Shown here one piece after another: positions 26,201-40,177 of a stretch of DNA of 64,000 nucleotides. The stretch lies in contig NW_019091356.1 in NCBI RefSeq assembly GCF_001949145.1, positions 1,302,789-1,366,788 on the forward strand, in the 5' to 3' direction. How positions within the stretch are numbered: position 1 is the stretch's first letter; every line of letters begins with the position of its first letter. The translations under genes and the position numbers were made by a program. This stretch comes from Acanthaster planci. Lineage: Eukaryota. The notes under the pieces are model-generated. The model made no database searches. It saw only the letters and a program-made list of their open reading frames with translations, and was not told the origin of the DNA.

Positions 26201-29200
26201 GGCATCCAACTCTTGTCTAATCAACGATGACATTTTTGACCTCTGAGTGTATCAGGGTTTAAATTGGAGCCAGTGCCTCCTTGCGAAAGCAAAACTACCA
26301 GCAGTAAAAAACTACAGCCTAGAGACCCTCCTGTAATATACCGCAGCAATCAGGGAGCCGGGACACAAGTGTAACATCACCCAGCAGTTCTTTGGTTACT
26401 TTTGTTCAGAGATGAACCTTCATTTGACAAACTGCCCTGATCGTGAAGTGGTTTCTTTTCCAAGCCTGTGGTAATTGGTAATTCAATCCTCAGGAAAAAG
26501 CTCCAATTATGCCCACTGGTAATTATCCAGGGCAGTCACATCTTTACAGGCGCACAATAAAAGTCTGCTGTCCGAAACAGTGTAGTGTCTAATAAACAAT
26601 CAGTGAGTTTTTTCAGTAGGCATTTCACAGTTCGGAATCTCTGATGGACTCTAATCCACATCCAGTGATTTTGGTAACCACTTTGGCATTTTAGGGAGCT
26701 TTTGCATGGGTTGGAAGTTAACATGGCTCATTTTCAACCCTGGTTTAGACCAGGGATTGAGAGCCTTCAGAATGTACATGCACCTGTATAGAGATCTAAT
26801 ATGAAGCCCAGCCTATGTTCAGAGGGGTTGCAGTGTGATCAAGGTACCAATATACAGGTATCTGTTATGGGACTCTGAGATTTTGTTCACTACTTTCACT
26901 AATTGTCAGCTCCAACATGTACAGGTATATTCATGTAACCCTCATTTCCAGTTCTCTATCAAATTTTGGAAATGATTTTCACTGATTTTTTTGGTCCCTA
27001 TCTTTTGATTTTTGATTAGATCCTACGGGATGATGAGTGCCTCATCAACTCCAAACTTCCAAAGGAGGACACCTTAAGGTACGTGTAGGTTGGCTGACCA
27101 TCCTAACCCCTCAGAAAATGGAGCACAAATAGTATTTTTTTTTCAATCCCGAAATTACTAAATGTAATTAGCCTCACAAACTAAAAATTTTTGAAATGAA
27201 TTAAATGACTTCAGTTCAGGCTTAATACTTAACAGGGTTCTCCAGGTGTTCAATTCACACTTGATGGAGGTTGACAAAAATATTGAAACGGGGGGGTTTA
27301 GTTATGGCTCACTTGTCAAAAGTCCTGTGCCTCTTTGGGATTAATAGCAAACATACACAGCTTTTGTTTTCACCAAGATTATACAGCTTGAGTTGAAATA
27401 TTCCAGAATGTAAATTTCTAAATTTGGTGGCCAGATTTTAAAGCTCAGGTGGCTACTTGTTGAACATGATGGGAGACTTGGTAGGTGGCCAGGCTACATG
27501 TCAGGTTGGAGGACACTGTTTTATGTGTCACTGAAGGTGTCCTCAGCCACACAGTCAATCTCAGTTGCCTCCCAATATGCCCATGTGTAAACTTATGTAC
27601 AGTAGGCTGGCATTTTGAGCATGTTCAAAGGTATAAAGTGCCTTTTGTCAGATACGTTTTTGAGACCGGACTTGCATGATTTACTCCCATGAGGTCCGCT
27701 TTCCTGTCGGTTCTCCCTAGCTCTCTCTCTTGATGCTATATTTGATTGGTCGTGAAGTGCACGTACACACTGGTGCATGTGCCTCAAGTGAACACAGTCC
27801 GGGCTCATAATTCAGATGTGTATTAAAGATAAATTTGACTTTGATTCACATTATTGCTGACAGCCCTGACATTTCAAAGGAAGTGCTTTCCATTTTATTA
27901 TTTCATTTTTCTAAATTGGAAATGCACATCTTTTGATCCCCGCATTCCTCCGCTGTAGATTTAATACAATTCATGAGCCCGTCCGTAAAATGTTGCAATT
28001 TCATGCTGTTATTTGCGTTGTACATTTTTGTCGTTCCTGCAAAAATCATAATTCCTCATCAAAGTGCATTTCAAGGGTTTGTGAGATGTAAGACTTGGGA
28101 ATGTTGAAATTTAAGAAGATTTTTATGAGAAACTGTATGAACTGTGTGGAATTAAGGTCTGTGACAGAAATTTACTTTTAATGAACTTTGTTTTATTTAA
28201 ATTTATTTAAGATATTTACTTAGTCAATAAAATACCCAATTAATACCCAACGAATCAAGTGTTGAGGGGATAATTTCCTTTGTTACACAAGCTGCAATCG
28301 AAAAACTCTACTAAATGAAGAATTTAATTGTGAGCATACAATAAAAGAGTTAAATTAAAAAGCAAAACTAATCAATGGAACAGAACAGAAATATAGCAAA
28401 GAAAAAACCCTAAATTACACCACTGTGTTCCCTATATGCATCAAGATCTTGCATTCCTTTTTGCACTAGTTTGTAGACACTATTATTTTATTTTGAAAAG
28501 AACTTCACTACATGTCTATTTCTAATGCTGGCTTGATTGGCCTTAAAGGAACCAGGAAATGAATTTTTCTTTGAATCACTTTTGTGTATCTCTGTATTCT
28601 TCTATGTATGAAGACTGGTTGACATTTTTTTTGAATAACGTGAACTGAACGGTGCACTTTTTCAAACATTAAATGTTGACCAAGCATTTCTGGACAAGTG
28701 AGGGTGCTTTGATGTAAATCCAGGAAGACATGGTTCAGGTTGCATGTTTTCATGTTTAAATTGTGAATCCCAAATTTGCTTTCTGGGAGCATTTCTTTGA
28801 AAAGGATTTTTTGCTGGATTTTTGCCATATACTTACACAGCAATAAATTGCCAAAAAAATCTGCTATAGCAGTTGTTAAACAAATCTAGAAAGTTTCTGT
28901 GCACAAATCAGTGCAACAATGAGATTCAGTGCCTTGGATTACATCATAGTTCTTCTCATGAATATACAAATTTCATTAGCATAAAAAACAAAAAAACCCC
29001 TAAAATATGAGTTAAAATTGCAAAACAAAATCAAAATAAGGTCAACTGAAACCCAAGATGCAATTTCAAGGGTTTTAGTAAAATTTCTAGAAATATTTCT
29101 ATTCCTGGTTCCTTTAAATTTTTCTGGCAATAAAAGAAGCCTTCATTACTGCACAGCATGGCTTAATTGTGTCTTATAATGTCTTATTAGGTAGTTTCCT

Positions 29201-32200
29201 GTTACAGTAATACCTTGGGGAGGGGAATTAGGTTAACACACGCACACATACATATAGAATGTAATAATTGACATCTTGCTGTAGTGTCGCTATGTGTATG
29301 CTGACGTGTACAGTGTAAGCCCGTAAAAAATTCAACACTTGCATGCAGCCTCTGCAGCACGCCGTGTCCATTCGATTGGATGGCATGAATTCCATTTTGC
29401 TGAGTGACTTTTCTGAGAAACTAAGTGTTTCCGTGCATGACAGGCGTGTTATGTTTACCAAAGTGTACTTTTATAGCTCTACCCGAAGGCCTGCTGTAAG
29501 CACACCGGGCTATTATTATGATAATCATTAGCAGTTCCCATTGGCGTTTACACGGGAAGAATGATTGCTTTATGTATTGGTACGCTGATGAGAGGATAAA
29601 ACCAGAACTAATTGTCAGCAGGATGTCGGACAAATTGTCCATGTAGCTACAAGTCCTTGAGAATATAATCCGTGAATGTTTTCACCTGAATTTTACCAGG
29701 TAATGAGTGTGTGTGTACAAGTACAATTTTATAGAATTTGTTTGGAAGTTGATTTTTTATTTCTTTTTTTTTCATGTTTGATATTCACATTTCTGTCCAC
29801 CGCACGGCCTACTGCAGCGAACCACTGTGGTGCGCAAAGCTGATTTTATTCTGGGAAATGGAACACTGTGTCTGTAGGCCTCAGATCAGCCTTGTATTAT
29901 GCACTAATTTTCACTGAGGCAAAATATAATCGGACTATTGAATTATGTGTCCCACTTTGGCCTGGTCCTTTTAATTACCTTCTTGTATGTTTGCTTCCTC
30001 CAGGATATTTTCATACCTAGATGTGGTGAGCCTGTGTCGATGTGCCCAGGTTTCCAAGGTACGCGTGACGGTGCATCGAATAATCCCATTTCAAGGGAAC
30101 TGATTTTCTGATATCAGCCCACAATCTTGATGGGATTTTTTCTTCTATATTTGAAGGACCTGGGAGCATTACATTCATGTACATGTAGATGCTGTCTGTT
30201 TCTCCATCTTGCAGTAGAGCCTATGTAACATGGAAAGTAGGCATAATTCTCTGCTTGTTTAAGTTCATGGATTTTGGAGGCTTTAGTTGTAAACTCATAA
30301 GCCCTTTTGAGTGCTTTTGTCTTTTCCTTAAAAATGATTTAATTCATTGTAAATCTGCCGACCTGCCAGAAAGTACAAAGTTACCCGTGCTATTTTACAG
30401 GGTAGTGTACATGTACATGTATGCAAGTGATTCGTCTGCATTATTATGTGGAAGTTTAACTTCAATTTAAAGCACTGACGGCAACTTTTCTTATTGTTAA
30501 TTACCCAAAGTGGAACCATTCCGTATCAAACTTATAAGTACTCACATACATGCAGCTGAATTGGCTGCTGTTACGTGTACTTGCTTTTACCCTGGATGCT
30601 ACATGTAGATTGTATAGAAAGTGACGTGGCTTGAGGGTCACCCATTTCTTGGAGAAATGTTTACGTTAGATTTTTAATGGCTTGTAGGCCTGGAACCAGC
30701 TTGCTCTAGATGGCAGCAACTGGCAGAAGGTGGATTTATTTAACTTCCAGAAGGATGTCGAGGTACGTCAGAACAAATCTAATGCTGTGCTTGTGGGATT
30801 ACTTGTATTTGATGTGTTGGCATAAGTGCATGTCGAAACAATATCCAGTGTAGCGATGACTGTGAAGAATTTTTCAAATATGAAAATTCTGAAAAAGCTG
30901 AGGTACGATATGTGTCATCTGGCAGTCAGCCAGGTCAGTATGTAAACAACTGTGCATCCTGTCAAATAGTAACTATAAAGAGATGGTTCTGTTTTTATTG
31001 TTAAAATAGATAAAACATGGTAAACATTTGTATCATGTGAAATACAATATTGAAGTGCTTCACCATTAGAAATACCACTTTTTGAAAACAAGGAAGCGTT
31101 CATTAGTTTTGATATATTGATACCATCCAGGCAGTCAGTTTTAGATGGATTTTTGGCCTTTGGGCCTTGACATGTCCGTTGGATGTGTAGATAAACCACA
31201 CCTGACTTCTGGAATGGTTTCCTGCTCCTTTTAATCATGAAGACGTGATTTGATTTCCACTTATGGGTGGGATTGTTGCATCACAAGTGAGAGATAAACA
31301 GGTTATCTAAGATCTGAAAGGAAATGTATTCATCAGAACAGAAAGTAGACTTGAAAATTGCAATGGAACATTGCTTACTAAGTGTATTTGCCTGAAATAT
31401 TTAAATATGAAATGCTGCGAAAAGCTGTGACATTTGAAGCCAGGGTGAACCTTTCTCAAAAGGCTTTGTGAAGGATTCTGCTACAATCCTGTCATCGCAA
31501 CTGATAGGTGGTAGGAATAGAAATTATTGGGAAATTTATTTGAATCGCTGCTCATACAAAAGCATCGTGCTTGATCCCTCAGTCCCAAATAGTGGCATGC
31601 TTTAATGAATAATGGCAAAGTACCTCATCTGAGAGCCAGCTTTATTCATGAAGAACACTGCTTTGGACTGTTTGTAAATTGAAAAAGTTTGATCAACTTG
31701 ACAATAGTTAAAAATCAGGGAGGAGTGAGTTTTGAGAAATGTATTTTTTGTCATGGCCCTAAACTGAACGTAATGTCGATCTCTCTCAGGGGAAAGTGGT
31801 TGAACATATTTCCAAACGATGCGGTGGCTTCCTCAAGAATCTCAGCCTCTATGGTTGCCAGAATGTCACAGATGATGCTCTCAAGTAAGTGTTGATGTTA
31901 GAACTCAGGAGGGCTCACTCAACACATGACATCGTGTTGCTGTTTGGATATTTGACTGTTGTTTTGTTGAGGTACCAGTGTCGATGAGTAATTGAATTCT
32001 CATTAACGAGTCGTCATTGGCTTGTCTTTGGATCAAGAGTTGGTGGTCTTTGCAAAGGAGCTTGCCCCTTTGTGGGGAGCTCACCATGTACGCACGTAGG
32101 ATGTTCACGTACATGTAACATGGAACATGCTAAGCATGACCAATTTCTGTAGAAATGTACATGTTTGCACTGTGCACCAAGAGGAAATTTTTCTGTCCAT

Positions 32201-35200
32201 TCTTTGGCAGTGAGAGGGTGAAAGGTTATTGCAAGTCAGAGCAGATTATGTGGCCGAGTTTTACAGGTGCCAGTACACACATAGGATGTTCATGTACATG
32301 TAACACGGAACATGCTGAGCATGACCAATTTCATTTCTGACAAATCCCATTACTCTGCCTTTCACTTTTAGTCAGTATCAGTTCATCCATTTGCCTGTTT
32401 CCTCGGCACAGCACATTTGCACAGAACTGCAGAAATATAGAGATTCTGCGGATGAGTGACTGTAAGAAGATCTCAGACAAGACGGCAGCCAGCCTGAGCA
32501 AGTACTGCAGTAAACTCCACAGGCTCAAGCTAGACTCCTGCACGTCCATCACAGACCAGGCTCTCAAGTACCTCAGGTAAAGGTCAACTGGACTCTCTGA
32601 CAATAATGCCACTGTAGGCACAGATTGACCTTAACACACTGGCCATTCTAACCAGGAAATATCCTGAAGCTTGTGAAGCCATCTTTCTGCCTTGAACAGA
32701 AGCGCCCCCTTGATAGGAGCCTTGTTGGTAGGGAGTTTTGGTTTTGTTGATAGCTCTGTGACCGCAACATGGGCATTTTATAGTCTGTGAACCAACAAAG
32801 GGCAGGTCCCACCAATGGAGCCTTCACTTAACCAGTCAAGGAGCATTGTGGCCCATGTCAATTAACCTTGGTTGGGCTCTACCTTCCTAATTCCACAAAA
32901 GTTGTGTCCAACCTCCTGGATTTCTTATTATATAAGCAAGATAGACAATATTACATTAAAAATCTTGTAAAAAAGGCCATTGTGCTGAAGCATCTTTTCT
33001 GAATCTGTTCAGTGATGGATGTCACAACCTGAGCTATCTCAATGTGTCTTGGTGTAACCTGACAGACAACGGCATCGAGGCCTTGGCAAGGGGCTGTCCC
33101 AAATTAGCCGTGCTGATCTGTAAAGGATGCCATCAAGTAAGCAAGGAGGCGGGACTATGATTACTAGGGATGGGAGGATCATGTGCTCTTTAAATGAACT
33201 ACTGTGGTTTTGTGACTCATTTAATTCTTTGGAGAGTTAGCGTGAAGTAAGCTGCATGATCTTTGATTGTTTGGACGGGTATTGATGGCATCGAATAGCC
33301 TGTTTGTTTCAGTGAAAGCTTATTGGTGCTAGACAAATTTGGCGCTCTGGAAAATGTGGGTAGTTCTGCATACTGTTGCTGTGAGGCATTCTGTTCAAAA
33401 AGTCCATTGATATGAATAATTGTTTGGTACTTCAGAACTGGAAAATAGAGTTCAGTAAATGAGAAAGGCATGCTAAAGTACTTTTTGACTTACACTCATC
33501 AGAGCATAAATCCAAGAATGACAGATGCTAATCGATAGTGCTTTATAAGGCTGGAATCACATGTTCAAATAACAAACGTTGATTGGTCAACGGGACAAAA
33601 TTTCATTGTTGGAGTTTTGCTAAGTCAGAAAGGTAGTAGGGAACTCTGACTCCATCTTTTCTTAAAGTTTGTCCCCTCTGGTATGACCAAACAGGAAATA
33701 CAATGCAAAATGTATGAGACAATGGACCAGAAAGGTAATTAAAAACCGATGTAAATAATGCATATGGACATATGTATAGAGGCTTTCTGTTGTAGCCATC
33801 TTGCAGGGCAGTGCTTTTGTTCCACAGAGAAACCTCCTTTGTGCACACCCTGTGGTACAAAAGCACAGGCCTGCAAGATGGCAGCCATGCAAACCCTTTA
33901 TACAAACAGGGTTTAAGTTTCTATAACAAAAAAGAGCTGCAGATATCAGATAATGTTCCATTCAAGTTCATCTATATTACTTCCCTTTTAAGAATTTTTC
34001 TGAAGCCAATGCTGTGCTTACATGTACAGGAAAGACCACTTTGCAAGCTTCTCTTAACCTCCTTTGTAAACTTTCTTTTTATATTCAGTTAACAGAAGAG
34101 TCCCTCACTCATCTAGGAATCCACAGTCCCAACTTGACAACCCTTAATGTTCAAGGTTGCACGGTAAGTCCCATGACTCATCAAGTTTTCCTTATCTCGC
34201 AATGCCTAATAGAGCTGTCAACAAAATGTGACCTGGAGCTTTAATCCAGAGCAACAGATTTGGCTGTGGATATCTTGTCATTCAACCGGTGGGGGAAAAT
34301 AACTTGGCCTTAAAATGCAGATTTTAAGGCAGTGTTTTCATAAGCGCAGTATACATATTGTCACATTCATGGTGCATTGCTGACTTCCCTTTCAATCAAT
34401 TTTCATAAGAAGCTCATCGCTTTGTTTCACGTGCATACTGCACATTTTTCATGAATTCAAGTTTGTGGACCTCTGAATTGTCACCCATTGACAGATGTGG
34501 ATTTGTTTCTGCTCCCTGATTTTTTCAGTTGATGACAGACGAAGGTATGCAGAGACTGGCTCAGGGTTGCCGGAAGCTTCAGTCTCTCTGCCTCTCCGGC
34601 TGCACGCACCTCACCGACGCAACGCTAATAGCACTCAGTAACTTCTGCCACAAACTCAGGTGAGCGACACCTCTCTCTTTCTTCCACTCTTGCAATCAGA
34701 CCACCTCGGGCATCTTTCCTCAAATCAACCGTGAAAAATTGACCACTGAGGATTTTCTTTGTACTCGGACAAACTCATAGTCAAGGAACAGAAATCTTGC
34801 TTCATGGCTCAGATTAATGAAATCACAATATTAATACGTTGCCATCTGTTGAACCCTAGTCACGCTGGCAATAGAGTACCGAAGTGAATACGTCACACGC
34901 ACACTTATGTGTGTAAAAGCGCGTGTACCAGTGCATGAACCAACGCACGCGCGTACTCCATTCGTTTGTACGGCATCAACTGGATCTAAATGACGTCACA
35001 CTTCGGTACTCTATAAAATTGTTCTTTCTTCAACAGAACATTGGAAGTGGCCAGCTGCTCTCAGTTTACAGATAATGGTTTCCAAGCGTTAGCAAGAGTG
35101 AGTAAACCTTTCCTTTCAAGTCCTTTCAAGAAATTTGTGTGCAAAGAAATGTTATTACTTTTGGAAATGTCATCTCATTGATTTGTGTGAAACCATTTCA

Positions 35201-37171
35201 TGGTCTTCAAACCATGTTGAAGTTGAAATTTGTACACCATGCAAGGGACAGATGATGAGAAGAAATGTTTGTAGCTCATGGTGGGTGTTCAAACTGGTGT
35301 AACAAAGTCCGGAATACCCTGGGTGCGTGATGTGTTGGAGTGAGAAATACTTGAGATATTCTTTAGGAAAAGACTGACAAAAAATCACTTTCTTTTTCTC
35401 CCCTTTTTCAGACATGTTCAGAATTGGAGAGGATGGATCTTGAAGAATGTTCACTGGTAAGCTTTTTGTGGCAAGAGGTGTTTTAATTGAATTGTGAGAT
35501 TTTCTTCTTTTTTTTTTGTGCCAAAAATAATGAAAAATTTTCTTTCGTTTTGTAAACACAAATATGGTCTTTTTCATCAGCTGACGGGAAGTTTAAGTTT
35601 TGTTCATCTAATTGGTAGTATCCATGACTTTAAAAAAAATGTGATGTGCGATTTTTTAAATTAAGCGTATGAGTTTTTCATTTTAATAGTTATCAGAGTT
35701 TGATCTTAACCTGACGAGATTTGGAATATCAAGAGGCATTTTTTCCATGGTGAATATTTGATATCATCACATTTTGCTCTTCTTTCCAGATTACCGACTC
35801 CACGTTGTTGCATTTGGCAAATGGTTGCCCTTCATTGCAAGAACTAGTAAGCATTGTCATTTTGATTCCTGAATCTAGCCCCAGAGATTTCACCTGTTTA
35901 CACCGTATCTTTTCCTCTGCTCGTAAGAAGGTCATATTTCCATTTTGAATATGCAATCGTATCCTACAGTTTTGTGGGGCCAGCTTTCAGAAGACAAGTA
36001 CTTAGCAAATGTTGGTCAACAGGCATGATGCTGGACTGTTTTTGGTGTTCAAGCCAGAGTCATTGTTGATCTACAAGCGAGAACTGCTGAACTGAGTATA
36101 GTGCTCAGGCCAGGGCCAAATTCATAGAGCTGTCAGAAATATTGTTCAGCATATTTACACCCAAGCAAAACTCAGCTTGTAGTCAGTCTCAGGCAGTATG
36201 CAGCACATGAAAAGTTAGCTGGTAACCCATTTGGGCTATTAGCCAGGATTTTCTGCACTAACCAAGCTTCTGTGTATGTATTACTTTGTGAAACTGGCCA
36301 ACATGTCCGAGCCAATGACCCTGCATTGGCGATTAAAAAAGATTTAGCTGCACGACTTTCTCCCGGCAGAGTTTTTCCCACTGCGAGCTGATCACAGACG
36401 AGGGGATCCGCCATATAGGCACCAGCGCCTGTGCCACGGAGCACCTGCAGGTCATCGAGCTGGACAACTGTCCGCTGATCACTGACGTGGCGCTGGAACA
36501 CCTGATGGGCTGCCAGAGCCTGCAGAGGATCGAGCTGTATGACTGCCAGCTGATCACCAGAGCCGGCATCAGGCGGCTAAGGGTAAGTGTGAAGATCCAG
36601 TTGAAATCCGTTTGGATTAGAACCCGGAACCTCTAGGTTGCTTGTGCAGGTGTCTTACCCACTCGACCGTCAAGCTAGCAGGCTGATGGTTTCCAATCCA
36701 ATTCAGGACAGTGACATGAAAACAAAGGGTTCGGGAGGCCTTGAGCAAAATAATTTTCTTATCGTCAGATTATGTTACTTTTTTGTCTTATGGAATGGAA
36801 AAACAATTATTCTGTTTCATCTACCTTACCATCCAGTACTCCCTTATTCAGGAAATGACTTTTTGAAAGCACAATTATTGTTCTTTTTCATCCTGAATAT
36901 TTCATTGAATAGTTTGTATGCAGCAGTTTTGTACTTAAGTGATTTTTACATTTAAAGGTAAAGCAAAGGTAACTTTGGAATTCAAATTCTTCAAAGACAC
37001 AAAAATGCTTAAGACCTTTTGATACTTCAATCAAATTTTTCTTCTTTTTTCAACTTTTTCCAGGCACAACATCCTGATGTCAAAGTTCAGGCCTACTTTG
37101 CACCTGTCACGCCGCCCCCTTCTGTAGGTGGGGGTCGACCACGGTACTGTAGATGTTGCACCATAATCTAG
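14298..37171 (+). CDS. FBXL20: F-box/LRR-repeat protein, FBXL2/FBXL20 homologue (~430 aa, 14 coding exons, C-terminal CaaX CTII)
   Basis: Exons 14298-14327 (MSNSLRSRSE), 27020-27078, 30004-30058, 30688-30762, 31790-31884, 32412-32576, 33013-33136, 34089-34163, 34529-34659, 35037-35097, 35412-35456, 35790-35846, 36370-36582 and 37064-37171. F-box INSKLPKEDTLRIFSYLDVVSLCRCAQVSKAWNQLALDGSNWQ, cysteine-containing LRRs, and the end AYFAPVTPPPSVGGGRPRYCRCCTII*. Likely co-orthologue of vertebrate FBXL2 and FBXL20. Confidence 0.95.
14810..15007 (-). mobile_element. tRNA-derived SINE, family B
   Basis: Minus-strand head GGGAGTCAGGTTAGCATAGTGG (A-box-like) and GGTTCGAATCCC (B-box). The body matches the 11181 and 53665 copies. 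Confidence 0.8.
15486..15787. mobile_element. Non-autonomous DNA transposon remnant
   Basis: Short inverted ends ATTTGTGAC / GTCACAAAT and no coding capacity. Confidence 0.4.
18211..18280 (-). repeat. ~70-bp TTAA-bounded mini-element; inverted copy at 20710-20778
   Basis: The reverse complement of 20710-20778 aligns along its length (CAAATCCTCC-A-T-TCAATA-GATTTT-CA-ACACCC-AGGGG). Confidence 0.7.
19050..19328 (-). mobile_element. tRNA-derived SINE, family A (Nin-domain-like core)
   Basis: B-box (GGATTCGAACC on +) and core GCTGGTACCCATTTTATACTCCTGG. The reverse complement aligns with 63715-63990. Confidence 0.8.
20710..20778 (+). repeat. ~70-bp TTAACCC mini-element, inverted partner of 18211-18280
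   Basis: Starts TTAACCCT; reverse-complement similarity to 18211-18280. Confidence 0.7.
20881..20970. mobile_element. Palindromic MITE-like hairpin
   Basis: Perfect 19-bp inverted repeat TTTAAGACCAGCTCAGGAG / CTCCTGAGCTGGTCTTAAA, with inner TAATGCCC / GGGCATTA. Confidence 0.75.
21646..21654 (+). other. Candidate 9-nt in-frame microexon (ILQ) of FBXL
   Basis: ...ttttgcCTGACtgattttcacacctgcAG|ATATTACAG|GTACGT; phase 0/0, matching the exon1-exon2 junction. Confidence 0.55.
21707..21953. mobile_element. PIF/Harbinger-type MITE
   Basis: ~60-bp near-perfect TIRs GGGCCAATTTCATAGAGCTGCT...AGCAGCTCTATGAAATTGGCCC with a 3-bp TSD CTG on both sides. Confidence 0.88.
32084..32332 (+). repeat. Two ~63-bp direct repeats (32084-32147, 32270-32332) in FBXL intron 5
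   Basis: TAGGATGTTCAYGTACATGTAACAYGGAACATGCTRAGCATGACCAATTTC occurs twice. Confidence 0.85.
34871..35014. mobile_element. MITE with 16-bp perfect TIRs
   Basis: ATAGAGTACCGAAGTG (34871-34886) / CACTTCGGTACTCTAT (34999-35014). Confidence 0.8.
36113..36300. mobile_element. Degenerate copy of the Harbinger-type MITE
   Basis: GGGCCAAATTCATAGAGCTG at the left end and TTTGTGAAACTGGCC at the right end; similar to the 21707 element. Confidence 0.6.
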
Positions 37172-39818
37172 ACACGCCCCTGCAAACAAATCCATGAATC
37201 TGACGTGAACAGTTTTCAAATGCTTGCCTCTGATTTGCCCGTTGTCCTTGAATGACCTTGATCAGTGATGACAAATCAGTCAGTCTGTAATTCAAGCATA
37301 ATGCTGAGTAGGTGTTACGCGTTTGCCATTGGGCCAGTTTATGACATCCTGTGGCTGTAGGCTCATCTGTAGTATATTTTACCGTGTCGTTGCTTGTTCT
37401 ATAACGAGCCATGTTGCTCTCCTACTTGGGTATTTGGGGGCCAAGTTTCGTGCCGTTACTCTCAGCAGAAAACAAACCCCCAAGCATTTGTCACAGCCTA
37501 GGTGTGCTTACGCTAAAGCGTGTCGCGATTTTGGCCACTGCTGCGTGACTGTTTTTTGGGCAAAGTCAACTCTATGCTCGCTGCTCATAGTCACCATGAG
37601 ACCATCAAAGGATCCAAGGGTTAGAGGCTTAGGCACAAGTTGCGGTTGGGCCTTGGTCTGAGCAGTGCCACTTACAGTGAGTTGTTGGTTCGTTAATGCA
37701 ATGGACCATTCCGCCACTGGCCAACCCCCTGATGAGAACCAGATTAATGCAGCACTGAGTTACCAGCTTGCTTGTCATTTGTAGCATAGCGGCTGTGTGA
37801 CGTTTGGCCCCCAACGCTATCAACTTTGTTTTTTTAGGAGGAAATCTACAAGGGATTTCAAAATGCATCACAGCATTAAATTAACTAGCAGAGCAACAGG
37901 ACACACACCGGTATACGCTTGGGGGAAAAACGTTAAGTGAGCCATCAAGACTGTCTAACACACAGACTCATGACAAAAAAGTTTGAGTGAAATTTGTTCT
38001 TTTTCATTTCTTCATCAAGCTTCACTAGTAATGGTCCTCATAATATTTCAAGTGACATGTCCAAAAAGTGACTGTTATTGACAGACATGTCAACTAAATA
38101 ATAATTATTAAAAAATCATCTCTCCTCAAAAACGGAAGAAAACAACAAATCCTCTCCTTCGTTCAAATAAATTTTTTTTAGGAGCTGTTGGATAAATAAG
38201 CTAGATTTCACACATTTTCATTGTGATTCACTCACCCTTATTCTTGGTAGTTCTTTGGAGGAATATTTTGTGAGGAAACTGCTTGTACCTTTCAAAATCT
38301 AACCCTTCTTATATATCCTTATCATCAATCCTTGGGACTTTCCTTGCTTGTATACATGATTGGGACACCAAAAGCTCCGTCAGAAGTGAAAATAGCTTAC
38401 TAGTCTGGTCTGCGTTGCCCCAACTTTGTCAAAATTCTGCAAATTGAGGATTAAATCTCCATAGATGTTGGAGGATGGTTGTGGTTAGTGGCTCTAGATA
38501 CCATCTAGATCACAACGTCAGAAATGATGCATGTAGGATTTTGCACCATGAAGCTTTCAAGGGAAGACAAACGGGTAGGAAATTAACCCAGGCAAATGTT
38601 CACCCCTTAGGAAAGCCTGCTCAATTGTGCCAGGACTGGTAACCCAGTAGATAAAGCACTAAGTGAACTGGGCTCACTAGGGGTGGATGCAGGTTCCACT
38701 ACCAACATCATCTCTACATAGTGCTGGATCTCGCAGCTAAATTTGCGTATCTTCCGGCAAAATTAGGGGAGAAATCGTGTTAGGACTCCCATTTATTTAT
38801 CTTTTTTAATATGCAAAACAAGACATGTCCAGATCGTAGAGTTACGTTGAACTACTTGTGTGCTAACTTGCCTTATTAATTAAACTGAATTGTATCGCCA
38901 GTGTTTGCACAAACACAGAGGGAAGTTTAGAAGAGTTCACCAAAGTATATTACTGTACAGCTTTTTTGCATATCCACATTTGTATTCCTTTTCATGTGTT
39001 CAAGTACTCAGCATTGTTTGCAATTGTGAGAATCATGATCGGGCAGTAAAATCACTGAAGTGTGATATATGTTCACAACTTAAGATTAGTTAACTAGAAA
39101 CGTGTGCCAAGTGGACGACACTACGTGGTTTTACTGATAATCTAAATTTTTCCGCGCTCATGGATATGTTGGTGGAACAGCTTCTGAAGTATGTGATACA
39201 ATGCCGGGTTTCTACTTTAGAAGTTCATTTTTAATACTTTAGTTCTGCTGAAATCTGTTGCTGTTGAGGGCAAGAAAATGTGGATGTACCGTAATCTGTT
39301 GAGTTGAAAAACTAAAGATGCAAAAGAAAAGTCGTGTTGAGCTTGACTGGAGAGTGGAAAGTGGAAACAAATATGTTGGAAGGAAAAGAGACTGAATTTT
39401 GCCTTGCTCCCCAATTGCTAGTTCCAGAAGCCATTTTTAAATGCCAAACTATTTTTGTTATGAAATATTTTTGGGATGAATCAAGAAGTTGAAAGTGTTT
39501 AGGCCGCAAAGATTTTTTCTTATGACTGTACAGAATGTTTGCCTTTGGCCGTTGGGTTATTTGCACTGAGATGTGTACAAAGTATTTTTGAAATACATAC
39601 AGGGTTTCTCAGTTAAAATTTGCCTCAAATTCAGGAAGACTTCAGATTGTTTCTTTTTTAATCTTTTACTGCATGAAGTAGAAAGTGCAAAATTCGTTCT
39701 TAATAATTCCAAAATATTTTATGATTATGTGTACTTGTAGTTGTACAACTGTTGCAATCTTGATGGACAAAACAAAAATTTGACAGACAAAGCAGTTAGA
39801 GATTTTAGCATCCTTTAA

Positions 39819-40177
39819 CCCCTTCTCGGCGGGAAGGCCACCTTCCAAACCGCAAATTCTCGGTTTGTGGCCCAGTGTGCTCTGCACGCTTTAAATTACA
39901 CGGTGAAAAGGCTGATTGTTCAGTGGCTCTACTCAAGCTTCCACATTCCCGTTGCCTCTTTTCAAAGTGGGGACTATTGTGAAGCTGGTGATTATGATGC
40001 AAAATCAGTCTTTTCATTTCTGGGCTACACACAAAGGCCAATTACCATATACACAAGAGCCAGGGTCTGCCTTCTTTCACCGTGTTTGCTCTAGCATGGG
40101 CTGAGAATAATAGCTGAAAAGCTGGCTGGGGATCTCAATTTGTACGGCGGCTATAGCCGCCTCTCGGTGCGAAGGGG
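39819..40177. mobile_element. piggyBac-like non-autonomous element
   Basis: TTAA|CCCCTTC ... GAAGGGG|TTAA with imperfect extended TIRs. Confidence 0.75.
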
